Both the position numbers and the translations under genes were made by a program. This document shows positions 63,301-64,000 of a stretch of 64,000 nucleotides of DNA, piece by piece. How positions within the stretch are numbered: position 1 is the first letter of the stretch; the number at the start of each line of letters is the position of its first letter. The DNA lies in contig CP158636.1 in NCBI GenBank assembly GCA_050273025.1, positions 2,666,001 to 2,730,000 of the forward strand. The letters run 5' to 3'. This DNA comes from Cenococcum geophilum (taxonomy: Eukaryota). The notes under the pieces are model-generated. The model was given only the letters and a program-made list of their open reading frames with translations. It ran no database searches and was not told the origin of the DNA.

Positions 63301-64000
63301 AGATTTATAGCAGCATTCTAGGAGGTATTCTTAGCGGAGTAAGGAGTTTAAGTAGTAACTTCTACCGCATATTATCCGCAGATAGACGGTTAAATAGAAA
63401 GATTAAATTAGATACTAGAATAGTATCTAAGGTATTATATTAATTACGCATAGAATAATTAGGTATCGCTATTACTAGTTATATAGTTTATATATAATAT
63501 AACACCTTAAGAAGGAATAGGCATATTACTATTTAAGGCAAATTATAGGTATAAGCTAAGAACATTGTTATTACTACAGTAAGTAAAAAAAACGAGTAGC
63601 ATAGCTAAAGAAAGAATAAAGATGTTAATAAATCTTTATATAAACCTTATAGAATTAGTAAAGAAAGTATAAGAGAGAATAAAAAGGTATTATAATACTA
63701 AGAGATCTAAGGGACTAGATCTTAAGGAGGGAGATAAAGTATAGCTACTATATAAAAATTTTAAGAGTTGACGACTAAGTAAGAAGTTGGACTATATTAG
63801 ACTAGGACCTTTTAAAATTACGTAGAGGATTTTACTGGTTATATTTAAGTTAAACCTACTAGCTAAAATAAAGATCTACCCTATATAGTATATTGTAATG
63901 CTAGAGCTAGTATACGGGAATGTTAAGCCACTGGTTTATAAAGTAGATATATATAGAGGATAGGAAGAAGACAAATAGTAAGTTTTAAAGATCGTTAGTT
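57323..64000 (+). mobile_element. Ty3/Gypsy chromovirus D3, RIP-inactivated, cut by the window end
   Basis: 5' LTR 57323-57745; collinear with D1 and D2; RT VYLDNI at ~61822; window ends at the start of the chromodomain. Confidence 0.95.

Noticed and set aside
1..64000. Alternative genetic code to explain the frequent in-frame TAA/TAG
   Set aside because: The stops differ between copies of the same family and coincide with C>T / G>A changes typical of RIP; the MYND gene reads normally.

Overview
Eukaryotic DNA, almost certainly from a filamentous ascomycete. About 95% of the window is an AT-rich nest of transposons destroyed by repeat-induced point mutation (RIP; pervasive CpA>TpA / TpG>TpA changes). 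Matching LTR pairs and target-site duplications (TSDs) resolve it into: Ty3/Gypsy (chromovirus-type) elements A1, A2, D1-D3, E, F, G and I; Ty1/Copia elements B (a tandem dimer sharing one LTR), C and H (both GalEa-like); a 5'-truncated RNase H-bearing LINE; two solo LTRs; a 250-bp MITE; and a 2.5-kb TA-flanked TIR element filled with satellite arrays. Element letters are my own labels. One small GC-balanced island (~25.56-27.8 kb) holds the only intact host gene, an intronless MYND zinc-finger protein with the MITE 42 bp upstream, next to a convergent pseudogene. Main observations: a RIP-masked antisense Zn2Cys6-like ORF in the D family, covarying self-priming sites in D LTRs, a ~68-bp hairpin module shared by the 3' UTRs of a Copia and a Gypsy, and the satellite-carrying TIR element. 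Coordinates were counted by hand; no database search was run.
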